Shown piece by piece: positions 32,702-44,376 of a stretch of DNA of 64,000 nucleotides; the stretch's first letter is position 1; every line of letters begins with the position of its first letter. Below the pieces are notes generated by a model. It ran no database searches, had not been told where the DNA came from, and saw only the letters and a program-made list of their open reading frames with translations. The translations under genes were made by a program, and so were the position numbers. Location of the stretch: the NCBI GenBank assembly GCA_030550585.1, contig JAUQPB010000001.1, positions 192,001-256,000 of the forward strand, read 5' to 3'. The DNA is from Thermoproteota archaeon (GTDB lineage Archaea > Thermoproteota > Thermoprotei_A > Sulfolobales > Ignisphaeraceae).

Positions 32702-32992
32702 TCATTCAAAACTATCACTAACCTTAACCTGTATTTCCTGGGGCAAGATATTTAATAGCGAGTCACTAGGCTTCTTCTCGATGACAGCAACAAAAACCAT
32801 TGCATCCCCAACATCAACACTATATGCATACCCCTTTTTGATATAGCCACTTTCACCACCCACTATAGAGGATACTATTGCTTTTTCTTTATTTTTCAAT
32901 CCTTTAAATCTGATATAATTGTTAAGCGATATTATGAGAGATGCTACTATCAGGAGCATTGTTGAAATTAAGATGATAGTTGTTGACGTCAT
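32702..32992 (-). CDS. small membrane-anchored hypothetical protein
   Basis: Hydrophobic N-terminal helix. GGTG upstream of the ATG. Confidence 0.6.
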   Translation of the reverse strand: MTSTTIILISTMLLIVASLIISLNNYIRFKGLKNKEKAIVSSIVGGESGYIKKGYAYSVDVGDAMVFVAVIEKKPSDSLLNILPQEIQVKVSDSFE

Positions 32993-33234
32993 TTTACTGG
33001 TGGCACCATAAGTATATATTGAAAGTTTTTAACTTATAAAATGGAAGAGAATATAATAGAGTATTACATAGGATCATCGAAAAATATTACCACATCTGTA
33101 TAATACCACTGTATTCCCTAACCTCATCAATTCCACAACTAGTGAACACCCGGTGTTACTGCTTCTAGTGAAACAGGGGTTCTTCCTGTACATGAATTGA
33201 AGATATTAGTTTCGGCCACCACACTCTCTGATAA

Positions 33235-34884
<1,650 letters not shown>

Positions 34885-34923
34885 TTCCGATCTTGCCAAA
34901 GTTTCCGAATTCGTTGGCAATTT

Positions 34924-34984
34924 TAGTGATGAAACTTACAAGGTGTGAGCCTCTATGCGATGATCGATGAACCCGCGACTGAAC
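34924..34984 (+). ncRNA. box C/D sRNA candidate
   Basis: GTGATGA-AACTTACAAGGT-GTGA-...-GCGATGA-TCGATGAACCCGCGA-CTGA. The D guide TGAACCCGCG is antisense to a tRNA T-arm sequence CGCGGGUUCA. Confidence 0.65.
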
Positions 34985-35006
34985 CAATTATACAGGTGGA
35001 TCAGTC

Positions 35007-36041
35007 TTGACATTAGAGGAGACAAACCTTAGTGCTGAAGAAATACTTGACGAGATTCGTATAGATAAGATATCAGAAAACTCGTTATTCATAGCTAAAA
35101 AATATGGTTATGCACCATACATGATCGAAAGATATATATCAATGCTTGGATATGAAGAGGCTCTAAAGTTGGTTGAGTCTTTCGAGAAATTCAAGAAAAG
35201 ACCTACAATATTATGCAATTATCTGAAGTATGACTGCGACAAACTGATAAAAAATCTTGAAAATCTGGGTTTTAGCGTGAAAAACCTTGAATGGTGCGAC
35301 TACTGCTTCTATATAGATTCTGCACCAGAATCACCTTCTATCGGATCTACACACGAATATCTAAAAGGTTATTACTATGTGTATAGGGATCCTGCATCAC
35401 TAATACCACCACTTATGTTGAACCCGGAAAAAGGTTCAACTGTACTCGATATGTGTGCAGCACCTGGCGGAAAAGCAATCCATATTTTACTGCTGATGGA
35501 AGATGAGGGGCTTCTCATAGCTAATGACATTTCGAGGAGAAGAAGCATTTCAATGCTTTCACACTTTGTTAGAATGGGGTTCAAGTCCTATGTTATAATA
35601 AATGAGGATGGCTTTGAACTTCCTAGAAAAATTGGTTTGGAAAAATTTGATTACATCCTTCTAGACGCTCCTTGTAGCGCCGAGGGAGGCATAATGTTTG
35701 ACCCTAGTAGAAAGACTAAGACTTCTCAACAGGTTCTAGCCCAGCTTGTCAAAAGGGAGATAGAGCTTCTCTATGCCGCTACAAAGCTTGTTAAAAGAGG
35801 TGGTAGAATAGTCTATACTACCTGTAGTATCGCGCCAGAGGAAAACGAGTATGTCATTACAAAGGTTCTGCAATTTAATAGTGAGATAGATGTTGAGGTT
35901 CCACGCTTTAACATATGGTCAAATGGTATAACAAGATTCTCTGATTTGATATTTGATGATAGGGTTGCAAGATGTGTTAGAATTTGGCCTCATAGACATG
36001 GCATGGAGGGTTACTTCATATGCTCTCTTGTTAAAAAATGA
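35007..36041 (+). CDS. RsmB/NOP2 (NSUN) family RNA m5C methyltransferase
   Basis: VLDMCAAPGGK, ILLDAPCS, YTTCSIAPEENE. Confidence 0.93.
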   Translation: MTLEETNLSAEEILDEIRIDKISENSLFIAKKYGYAPYMIERYISMLGYEEALKLVESFEKFKKRPTILCNYLKYDCDKLIKNLENLGFSVKNLEWCDYCFYIDSAPESPSIGSTHEYLKGYYYVYRDPASLIPPLMLNPEKGSTVLDMCAAPGGKAIHILLLMEDEGLLIANDISRRRSISMLSHFVRMGFKSYVIINEDGFELPRKIGLEKFDYILLDAPCSAEGGIMFDPSRKTKTSQQVLAQLVKREIELLYAATKLVKRGGRIVYTTCSIAPEENEYVITKVLQFNSEIDVEVPRFNIWSNGITRFSDLIFDDRVARCVRIWPHRHGMEGYFICSLVKK

Positions 36042-36128
36042 GTCAAATTCAAGATAAGATTTATATACTTGGAATTGGAAAGGTTGTATAATACTTTAAA
36101 ATAATTATGAAATGTATGGCGACGTAGT

Positions 36129-37481
36129 ATGAAGTTCGATGTTGTTGTTGTTGGCGGTGGTGTTGGAGGTCTTTACGCATCTTACGCCCTTGCTAAAAAA
36201 GGTTTTAAGGTTGCATTAATCGAGATGAAGGACGAAAAAAACATTGGAGACAAGGTTTGTGGAGATGCCATCGGCGAGCACCACTTTATTGAACTGGGGC
36301 TTGAGCCGCCTGTGCCAGGTTTTGATAAAGATCATGAGTATGATGGTGTTGTGCTATTCTCTCCAGATGAGCAACATAAAATTTTTGTTGAGGGAAGAGG
36401 TTACTCCATCAACAGGAAAAACTTTGGGTTGAAACTATATAGGATGGCTATAAACAATGGAGTTGAAGCGTATCTAGAACACTTCTTTGTCAAGCCAATA
36501 GTTAGTGGCTCAAAAGTTGATGGGATTGTGGCGAAGGATAAAAATGGATTTGAAAAGGAGTTCGAGGCAAAGGTTGTAATTGATGCAACAGGCGTTGCCT
36601 CTGCTGTTAGGAGGAGCCTGCCACGCGAGTGGTGGGTGTCTGTGGAAATACCTAAAGAAGATTATAATATTACATATAGAGAGGTTGTTGTGGGAGATAT
36701 TGATCTGGACAACAAATATGCATATATATACTTGAATGTTGATGTTGCACCTGGAGGCTATTGGTGGCTGTTCCCAAAGGGAGGGGGTGTCTACAATATA
36801 GGGCTTGGAGTTCAGTGGAAGGAGGGCGCACCAAATCCGAGAACACAGTATGTCAAATACATCATGAATAAGCTTGGAAATAGAGTATCAGAGGTTATTC
36901 ATAGCGGAGGTGGCCTTGTCCCAACAAGAAGACCAATACCGTGTATGGTGTGGAATGGGTTTGTGGTTATAGGTGATGCAGCTGCAACTGCCAATCCTGT
37001 GCATGGCGGTGGGATAGGCTCGGCAATGCTAAGCGCCAAGACGGTAGCTGAAGCAATTACTGAGGCGTTGGATAAAGGCGATGCAACTATGGAAAACCTT
37101 TGGAGCTATCACATCAAATTCCATAAGGTTTATGGAGCAAAGCAGGCCTCATTAGACATTCTAAGGATGTTCCTTCAGAGAATGAGTAATAGCGACCTGA
37201 ATTTTGTATTTAGATCGAATCTTGTTAACGGTTCTGAGGTATATGACATGGGTTCTAAAGGCGATTTAAGCATCTCTATCATAAATAGAGTGAAGAGCTT
37301 TTTAACGTTAGCGTCGAGACCATCATTTCTAGCAAAACTGTATAGGCTAAAACAGTTTATGGATAGAGCAAAGGAGCTCTACCTTAACTACCCATCATCG
37401 CCAAGCGGATACCTCAACTGGTTAGCAGAAGAGCAGAGGCTTTTCGATGAATATAGAAAGTGGCTAGCAGAAAAGATGTGA
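36129..37481 (+). CDS. digeranylgeranylglycerophospholipid (geranylgeranyl) reductase
   Basis: GGGVGG FAD motif, KVCGDA, PGGYWWLFPKG, GDAA..ANP.HGGG. Confidence 0.9.
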   Translation: MKFDVVVVGGGVGGLYASYALAKKGFKVALIEMKDEKNIGDKVCGDAIGEHHFIELGLEPPVPGFDKDHEYDGVVLFSPDEQHKIFVEGRGYSINRKNFGLKLYRMAINNGVEAYLEHFFVKPIVSGSKVDGIVAKDKNGFEKEFEAKVVIDATGVASAVRRSLPREWWVSVEIPKEDYNITYREVVVGDIDLDNKYAYIYLNVDVAPGGYWWLFPKGGGVYNIGLGVQWKEGAPNPRTQYVKYIMNKLGNRVSEVIHSGGGLVPTRRPIPCMVWNGFVVIGDAAATANPVHGGGIGSAMLSAKTVAEAITEALDKGDATMENLWSYHIKFHKVYGAKQASLDILRMFLQRMSNSDLNFVFRSNLVNGSEVYDMGSKGDLSISIINRVKSFLTLASRPSFLAKLYRLKQFMDRAKELYLNYPSSPSGYLNWLAEEQRLFDEYRKWLAEKM

Positions 37482-37544
37482 TATCTCATTTTATCTCACT
37501 ACACCATGTTTTAATGGTGTACTTGCATAGGTGTCCATGTCTAG

Positions 37545-38378
37545 ATGAATCTCAAGAGCGTTAAGGCATGGTTAAGCATAATAAGAATTGGAAACAGCAT
37601 AGCACTTGGGATAGCTGCAGTTGTGGGTTACATTGTTGGTGGAGGTATGAATGTCTATGAAGCTGCCAAGACATTTCTCGCAGCGTTTTTCATTGGTGGC
37701 GGAGGTAATATAATAAATGATTACTTTGATAGAGAGGTTGACGCTATTAATAAACCTTGGAGGCCAATACCATCTGGATTAATAAAGCCTTTTGAGGCAT
37801 ATGTGGCCGCATTAATGTTTTTCTTAATAGGTTTTGCCATAGCGCTGTCCTCTTCATATTTCGCGGGGATTGTAGCTCTTCTTGCAATAGTACTTGTTTA
37901 CTTCTATTCCTATAGTCTCAAACGTGTTCTTCTAGTAGGCAACATATCAATCGCATTTTTAACTGCATTAAGCATAGTATATGGCTCTCTATTCAGCTCT
38001 GTAAATATTCATGTTTTTTTAGCAGCCACCTACGCCTTCTTGTTCAACTTGGGCAGAGAGTTTCTAAAGGGTATAGAAGATGTTGAAGGTGATAAAAGAT
38101 TTGGTATAAAGACTTTGGCAACAGTATATGGAGTTGTAGTAGCCTTCAAAGCCTCGGCACTGATCTACGGTGTTCTGCTTGCAGTAAGTTTGCTACCAAT
38201 AGCCATACTCAGATACAGCATTGTATACACGTTACTAGCGCTCGTAGTAGACGCTGTTATCATATATTCAATTCTAAATGCAAAAACTCTTAGACCTGCT
38301 GATGCACTAAGATCAACCCGCGTTCTGAAGATTGCTGCTTTTGCTGGACTTTTTGCATTTCTTTTCCACAGCATATAG
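37545..38378 (+). CDS. digeranylgeranylglyceryl phosphate synthase (UbiA family)
   Basis: NDYFDREVDAINKPWRPIPSG, RE..KGIEDVEGD, multiple TM helices. Confidence 0.9.
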   Translation: MNLKSVKAWLSIIRIGNSIALGIAAVVGYIVGGGMNVYEAAKTFLAAFFIGGGGNIINDYFDREVDAINKPWRPIPSGLIKPFEAYVAALMFFLIGFAIALSSSYFAGIVALLAIVLVYFYSYSLKRVLLVGNISIAFLTALSIVYGSLFSSVNIHVFLAATYAFLFNLGREFLKGIEDVEGDKRFGIKTLATVYGVVVAFKASALIYGVLLAVSLLPIAILRYSIVYTLLALVVDAVIIYSILNAKTLRPADALRSTRVLKIAAFAGLFAFLFHSI

Positions 38379-38426
38379 CTTAAGCCTCTAGCATAGAGAG
38401 AGTCAAGGCTTTGCCAATTGAAGGTT

Positions 38427-38960
38427 TTACAGTAGATCCTCTTTCACATTGCTGACAGCATTTATGTAAAGTCCTAGCATATAGAGTAGATCTGATAATC
38501 TGTTTAGATATATATACGTTGTTTTATCGAGCACCCCATCTCTAAGCAGTTTAACAGCCCTACGCTCAACCCTCCTACAAACAGCCCTTAGAAAATGTAT
38601 AAGCGCTGAGCTAAGAGACGAACCTGGAACAACAAATTTTGTTGGAAGAGCAACCCTATCGGAAAAATCGTTTATCAGCTTCTCAATCGAGGCTAGATCA
38701 TTATCATCTATCGGAGAAGCCATTCTACCCATAGAAGCCACATAACTTGCTATAAACATGAGCTTTCTCTGTATCCTGTCCAACAATTCAACTATATCAA
38801 GAACTTTGGATTCGCTCAAATATGCCTTTACCACACCCATTAATGAAACAAGCTCATCTAGTTCGCCTATGAATTCAATCACCGGTGAGTCCTTGGAAAC
38901 ACGCTGGCCAACAACATCTGTATAGCCATCATCTCCTCTATGAGCATATTTAAAAACCAT
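38427..38960 (-). CDS. ATP:cob(I)alamin adenosyltransferase (PduO type)
   Basis: RGDDGYT, G..DEL, FVVPG, RAVCRRVER, YLNRLSD. ATG 38960 preferred. Confidence 0.9.
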   Translation of the reverse strand: MVFKYAHRGDDGYTDVVGQRVSKDSPVIEFIGELDELVSLMGVVKAYLSESKVLDIVELLDRIQRKLMFIASYVASMGRMASPIDDNDLASIEKLINDFSDRVALPTKFVVPGSSLSSALIHFLRAVCRRVERRAVKLLRDGVLDKTTYIYLNRLSDLLYMLGLYINAVSNVKEDLL

Positions 38961-39186
38961 GTCAATTCGCCTAGTAGCGACTTTATTGCTAAAAATCCAT
39001 ACTTTATAAACATTTCTATAGTGAAAAACGATATTGTTTATCACATCCTAGATCGCCGCATATAGTGTTTTTAGCAACTATGATTGCATGCAATTATTTT
39101 TAGCTCTACCATCATCTATACATTATGTACTAAACATGGTACATAAGACAATCTGCAGAGTCTCCATGTTTACGTCGTAGTTATGT

Positions 39187-39501
39187 CTATTTTTCAGCAT
39201 TTGACGCTAAGTATCTATCCAAGTAACTGATTTCTTCGTTTACATATCTATAGAGTAGATCTCCTATGCTATACCCACAGTAGTTGCATTTCCAATGTTT
39301 TATCAAATCGATTTCGTTAACCATTGCCATAACTGTGTAGGAGTTTTTCTTGAAGCATACAGGACACTCAATCTCTAGTTCAAGGTAGACCCACTTCTCT
39401 ATCAGGTCTAGCCAGAGAAGCTTTATAGGAGAGATCTCGAAGAAATATTGTGGAATTTCTATCTCGTAATCGTCCATGCCGCAACACTGTGGTGGTAACA
39501 A
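39187..39501 (-). CDS. hypothetical Zn-finger protein
   Basis: CPVC...CNYC pair. Confidence 0.55.
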   Translation of the reverse strand: MLPPQCCGMDDYEIEIPQYFFEISPIKLLWLDLIEKWVYLELEIECPVCFKKNSYTVMAMVNEIDLIKHWKCNYCGYSIGDLLYRYVNEEISYLDRYLASNAEK

Positions 39502-39540
39502 AATACACGCTATATTTTTGTTTAGATATCTGGGGGTTAA

Positions 39541-40558
39541 ATGTCTCTAAGCAAATATCTTATTACAAGTTCTACCATTGCTTTTTTGTACACTATCTCT
39601 AGAAAAGGAAATTTTTCTGAGCACATTAGAGCATTAGAGATTGTCAACATCGATGATGTGCAAAGACTCTGTTTCTTGCTTAGAAAATACATTGAATCGC
39701 TGTCATCATTGAAAATGGAGAGGTGTTTGGCTACACCATTAATTGGTGTAGCACCATTTCTTGCAAGAAAATATGGTTTAAAGCTCATCACAAACCAAAT
39801 TATGGTTATTGCTAAAAGACCTCTACCTACAGACCCTCATTGCATAAACTGCCTAGCTTTTGATTCTAGTACATGGATAACAAAAATCTTTAGAGTCTTG
39901 AGCAAATGTCTTAAAGTTAGTGAAATACCGATAAGATTTGCTGTATACTATGACCCTGTTGATCAGTGGCCATTGCTGTTAAATTATATACCCATTATAA
40001 TATCGCTTGATTTCAACTCTTTAATGAGTATTAACAGATGTAGGGAAACACACATAGCTCAATTCACAAATTATAGGCTATTCAAAGGTTTGCTACACGA
40101 TGTTGAATCTGTTGAGAGCGTGGTTATAACCCCTCATAAAATAGATGAAAGCTACTTTCAAAACGGAGACTGCAGCCCTATCACATGTTTGGATCCTTCC
40201 AAAAATACACACTACTCTTATGACTCGGAATACAATTTTTTTCGAGGAACATTTCCCAAGGAATAGCAAAGAAAATGACAACATCGACACGCTAATCATG
40301 GAGTTTTGGAGTTCTCGCATATTCTTTGAAGAGATGAACAGAAAGCTAATGTATATCTGGTCTTTTAAACCAATGCAACATGTTATCACACAAATGGTAG
40401 ATAAAATTAAAGGTATTCGAGTAAAGGAAATCAAAATTGTATTACCACACAAATCCGTTGCCGAGCTCGGGGCTACACATAACGATAGAATCTGGTTATC
40501 AAGCATAATAAAAAACATTATAATGAGCTCCAAACCCAAGGTAATGCTAGTCTCATAG
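39541..40558 (+). pseudogene. hypothetical gene apparently split by a one-base frameshift at a T7 run (ORFs 39541-40266 and 40145-40558)
   Basis: Removing one T from 40236-40242 fuses the two overlapping ORFs into one 338-aa frame (...YNFFEEHFPR...). Confidence 0.45.
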
Positions 40559-40559
40559 C

Positions 40560-40612
40560 TATCAGTGAGGTTCAAAATCATCATGTTATCAGAGCTGAGC
40601 GCCTCATCACAA
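40560..40612 (-). ncRNA. box C/D sRNA
   Basis: Minus strand reads GTGATGA-GGCGCTCAGCT-CTGA-taac-ATGATGA-TTTTGAACCTCA-CTGA. All four boxes are perfect with 11-12 nt guides. Confidence 0.85.
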
Positions 40613-40741
40613 AACTTTAGTATTGCCCCACGCCTTTGTTTCAACATGTATAGCCTAAAATGTTTTTAAATACTATAAGATATCTTATCTCTTGGAATGA
40701 TTTGTGACAGGCTAAACTAAGTCTCTAAAGCATTTGTCGCG

Positions 40742-41641
40742 GTGATTATAATGATTTCCATGGCTTATATGGGACTACGAGAAATACTCAATAGCCTAGA
40801 CGATCCAAAAAATCTAATCTTTTTGGAACCTCTTGTGAAAGATGTTGTAGAGTATTACATGGAGCAGTTGCTTAGGGATGGTCTCATCAAATCTTGTGGA
40901 GATGGATATCACATAGATATTGAAGCTATTGAAAAACTTGTAGATTCTAATCCACAGATGGAGTATCTGCAAACAAGTCAATATCATCATATTGGATTCG
41001 CTGTGCCAAGTTTCCTCGAGTTTGCGTATAGAATACGCCACAAAGATAAGGTTATTGTGCAGGAGCCGGGGCTTACATCAGCATTTGTATTCTATGTCAG
41101 GAATCTTTTAAACTATTTGTGCAAGATGAAACCCGAGATTATTTTCATTGTTGACACAATACTAGATAAAATCGTCGATAAAAATGGCGAGCTTCTATAT
41201 GGATACAAGGACATGTACATGATAGAATCATACATGTTCTTATCAGATGCATGTAGCAATGTATTGCTGTATGTGAAAGACTTGAGAAAAACTGAAAAAT
41301 TGATTGCGAAGATCCTAAATGAGTCGGACAATATCGGTATCGCAATAGATATTGAAGGCGTGACTAAAAAAGGTATGCCAGCTAATATTGTGGATATAAT
41401 TAAGAGCAGAGTTAAGAGGCCAGCCATAGGAACTGTCATACCTATGCAAGCACAAAAATATGTAGGCGACGGTGAGAAGAGATCTCTGCAAAAGCTATTC
41501 AGCATATATGGAGATGATATGATCGTTATACTGGCAAACACAAGACCAATCACAGAGCCTCTCGCAGAGAAACTAGAGCCAGATTCAATACGCAGATTTA
41601 TAAACTATATAGAGGAGATCCTCAGTCAAGCGAGGTTTTAG
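40742..41641 (+). CDS. hypothetical protein, possibly divergent URO-D/MetE-like barrel
   Basis: Long ORF. Spacing of AVPSFLEFA, KPEIIFIVD and IGTVIP loosely recalls MetE-family strands. No Zn ligands recognised. Confidence 0.5.
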   Translation: MIIMISMAYMGLREILNSLDDPKNLIFLEPLVKDVVEYYMEQLLRDGLIKSCGDGYHIDIEAIEKLVDSNPQMEYLQTSQYHHIGFAVPSFLEFAYRIRHKDKVIVQEPGLTSAFVFYVRNLLNYLCKMKPEIIFIVDTILDKIVDKNGELLYGYKDMYMIESYMFLSDACSNVLLYVKDLRKTEKLIAKILNESDNIGIAIDIEGVTKKGMPANIVDIIKSRVKRPAIGTVIPMQAQKYVGDGEKRSLQKLFSIYGDDMIVILANTRPITEPLAEKLEPDSIRRFINYIEEILSQARF

Positions 41642-41646
41642 AAACT

Positions 41647-41907
41647 ATGAAAAAGGTTATTGTAAAACCTATTGGGTTCAAAGATCTGCAAGATAGGTAT
41701 ATGGAGATTTTGCTAGATGAAAACTCAACCATTTCTCAGCTTGTCAACAAATTTCTTCAGGTAATGAGCGTGTCTGAAATGAATGGAGATGAAATTATAG
41801 TGATGTGCAATAACAAACAGCTCTACCCCGATGATAAAGTCCCTGAAGATTGCCAAACAATTGAGTTATTCCCATTTGCTAGTGGGGGTAAAACACTTTT
41901 ATATTAA
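41647..41907 (+). CDS. MoaD/ThiS (ubiquitin-like, SAMP/Urm1-type) protein
   Basis: Beta-grasp pattern ending IELFPFASGG plus KTLLY. Confidence 0.75.
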   Translation: MKKVIVKPIGFKDLQDRYMEILLDENSTISQLVNKFLQVMSVSEMNGDEIIVMCNNKQLYPDDKVPEDCQTIELFPFASGGKTLLY

Positions 41908-41928
41908 TGACTTGCACCGTGGTTAGAT

Positions 41929-42744
41929 ATGTCCAACCAGATCAACGTAGATCTTAAAAAAGTTCTTGGAAAAACAGGTGTGAAGGTTTCTCCAATAGGT
42001 TTTGGAACCCTTAATATAAGGGATTTCATAAACGCTGAGAAAGCGATGTTGAAAGCGGTTGAATATGGCATAAACATATTCGAAGTCTCAGAAACATATG
42101 CAAATGGGCTGGCTTTAGACTATTTTGGAAGATTTCTTGCTAAGATTAAAAGAGAGGATGTTTTCATAGTATTTAGAGCCTCGCCACTAATTCTAGCTGA
42201 TCCAGACAGTTTTGAGACAAAATTCAACAAGTTTCTTCAAAAAATGAACACCTCATATGTCGATGCCTTAATGATCGGCTGGTACGAAGATGCAATACCG
42301 TTGGAGACACAGCTAACATCTTTAGAGAGGGCTGCTGAGAGAGGCTATGCTAAGTTTATCGGGGTAAGCGGTTTTAAAGTCAAGCAGATTGCCAGAGTTT
42401 TGAACATGCCAAAGAAGTATGAAATTTCTTTGATTCAGAACAGATATAATGTGATGGACAAGCGCATAGAAAAAGATGTGCTACCATTTGCCATGAAAAA
42501 CAACATCGCTGTGCTAGCCTGTTCAGCTCTTGACGGAGGTCAGGCGATTCGACAGCCAGTAGTTATGCGTATTGCAAGCAAGTATAATGCAACTGGGGCC
42601 CAAATCGCTCTAAGCTATGTTATTTCAAACCCGAATGTCGTTGCTCTTGTAAAAAGCGAGAATATAGATCATGTAGTTGAGGATGTCACAGCCTCCAAGA
42701 CCGTGTTGAAAGAAGAAGATTTAAGTGCTCTAAGGTCAATGTAG
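41929..42744 (+). CDS. aldo/keto reductase family protein
   Basis: LGKTGVKVSPIGFGT, E.Y..G, IGVSGF, QNRYN, AQIAL. Confidence 0.88.
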   Translation: MSNQINVDLKKVLGKTGVKVSPIGFGTLNIRDFINAEKAMLKAVEYGINIFEVSETYANGLALDYFGRFLAKIKREDVFIVFRASPLILADPDSFETKFNKFLQKMNTSYVDALMIGWYEDAIPLETQLTSLERAAERGYAKFIGVSGFKVKQIARVLNMPKKYEISLIQNRYNVMDKRIEKDVLPFAMKNNIAVLACSALDGGQAIRQPVVMRIASKYNATGAQIALSYVISNPNVVALVKSENIDHVVEDVTASKTVLKEEDLSALRSM

Positions 42745-42761
42745 TGGTAGAGTGATGAGAT

Positions 42762-43670
42762 TTGAACAGAGATGGAGATACTATTAGAGAGCCGCAAGCC
42801 GCTGCATGGGGTTTTTACCCATTCAATAAGAGCCAGCTTATAAAAGAATTGGAAAGAGCTTTCACAAACACTAGATTTGGTCCAGGGGCTCTTCCAAGCA
42901 AAAAACAAGGTGGATTAACAATCATTGGCGGTGTTGTGCCACATGCTGGCTATAGCTATTCGGCTTCCTGTGCAGCATGGTTCTACAAGGAGCTTGCCGA
43001 AAATAAGCCGACTATAGAAACTGTTATTCTTCTTGGAACAAATCATACAGGTTTTGGAAAGACGATAACAACATCAACTTATTACATCACGTGGGCAACA
43101 CCGCTTGGAGCTGTGAATATTGATGTCGAGTTCATCAATAAATTGAAGAAGGAGTACCCACCTCTAGATGATGATGCACTTGCCCATACTAGAGAACACT
43201 CATTAGAAGTTCAACTCCCATTCCTACAGTATGTATACGGGGACAAGTTCAGAATAGTGCCCATAGTAGTAAAGGATCTTACTCATCAAGAGGCTAGAGA
43301 TTTTGCCGAGGCATTGAAAAGAGTTGTAGATGATCTAAAAAGAGATGCTATAGTTATAGCATCATCTGACTTCACACACCACGGCTCTATATATGGTTAT
43401 GTTCTTTTCAATTCAAACATATCTCAAAGTGTTAGAGAATTGGATAAGAGGTTTATAGACGCTATAACAGAGCTTGATACAAGAAGGTTCCTCAAATTGA
43501 TAGAAGATTACAATGCAACTGTATGCGGATTTGGAGCAATAGCTATTGCTATGGAGTATACAAAGCTATTGAATGGAAAGGCAAAGCTATTGAAGTATTA
43601 TCACTCAGCTGATGTTACAGGAGACGAAGATGTTGTTGTTGGATATGCATCAATATTGTTCTACAAATAA
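42762..43670 (+). CDS. MEMO1 family / AmmeMemoRadiSam protein B
   Basis: REP.AA..FYP, PHAGYSYS, GTNHTG, EHSLEVQLPFLQ, ASSDFTH, CG.GAI, VVGY. Confidence 0.92.
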   Translation: MNRDGDTIREPQAAAWGFYPFNKSQLIKELERAFTNTRFGPGALPSKKQGGLTIIGGVVPHAGYSYSASCAAWFYKELAENKPTIETVILLGTNHTGFGKTITTSTYYITWATPLGAVNIDVEFINKLKKEYPPLDDDALAHTREHSLEVQLPFLQYVYGDKFRIVPIVVKDLTHQEARDFAEALKRVVDDLKRDAIVIASSDFTHHGSIYGYVLFNSNISQSVRELDKRFIDAITELDTRRFLKLIEDYNATVCGFGAIAIAMEYTKLLNGKAKLLKYYHSADVTGDEDVVVGYASILFYK

Positions 43671-43673
43671 GAA

Positions 43674-44372
43674 TTACTTTATGTAACATCTATTATCAAT
43701 TCTTTTTATTTCTAGAGAATCAATATAAACATCTATATTGGATAGAAAATCGTTTAAAAATCTTACAGAAACGATTGGAACCCCCTCGAAAACCCATGTT
43801 GATGAAGTATAAAGCGTTATTACTATGGGTATGAAAAGCTTTGTTTTGCGAATTGCAGGAACCTCAGAGGTCACCCACTCACAGTATTTAACCAGTTTGT
43901 CTATTCTAGCCATATGCTCTCTAACAATCTTAGAGACAGAGGATTTTCCAATACGACGCCTCCAATGCTTACACTCAATAATGTACCCCATCTTCTTAAC
44001 CATATCAAGAGCTAGCACATCTATCTGGAACTGCGATATCCTTTTATGTGTATAGCCAGATACATAATCAAGTCCAGCAGACTTTAGCCTTGCCGCTATG
44101 TAATCTTCAAATTCTTTCCACTCTATATAGCTGGCAAACCTCATAACATCTACAGTCATTTTTTCTTCTATCAGCAAGAGAAGTTCAACTGGGTTCACTA
44201 AGTTAATTCGGCTGTTGCTAACAGATATGCATCCTCTTTTCAAACCTTCTACAAAAATCTCCTCTACAAGATTTCTGTCCATAGGCCTCAGAAGCTTTAC
44301 AAACTCTGGTTCAAGTGCTTTATATCTAAACAAGTGTTCTAGCACATCACCAACTGTTATGTAGCTTACCAT
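43674..44372 (-). CDS. PD-(D/E)XK nuclease (Mrr/NERD-like)
   Basis: WKEFE, QIDVLA...IIECKHW. Confidence 0.8.
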   Translation of the reverse strand: MVSYITVGDVLEHLFRYKALEPEFVKLLRPMDRNLVEEIFVEGLKRGCISVSNSRINLVNPVELLLLIEEKMTVDVMRFASYIEWKEFEDYIAARLKSAGLDYVSGYTHKRISQFQIDVLALDMVKKMGYIIECKHWRRRIGKSSVSKIVREHMARIDKLVKYCEWVTSEVPAIRKTKLFIPIVITLYTSSTWVFEGVPIVSVRFLNDFLSNIDVYIDSLEIKRIDNRCYIK

Positions 44373-44376
44373 CTTA

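Noticed and set aside
43674-44372. second defence system around the PD-(D/E)XK nuclease
   Set aside because: It is embedded in the housekeeping thrS-mvk run with host-like composition and no partner methyltransferase.
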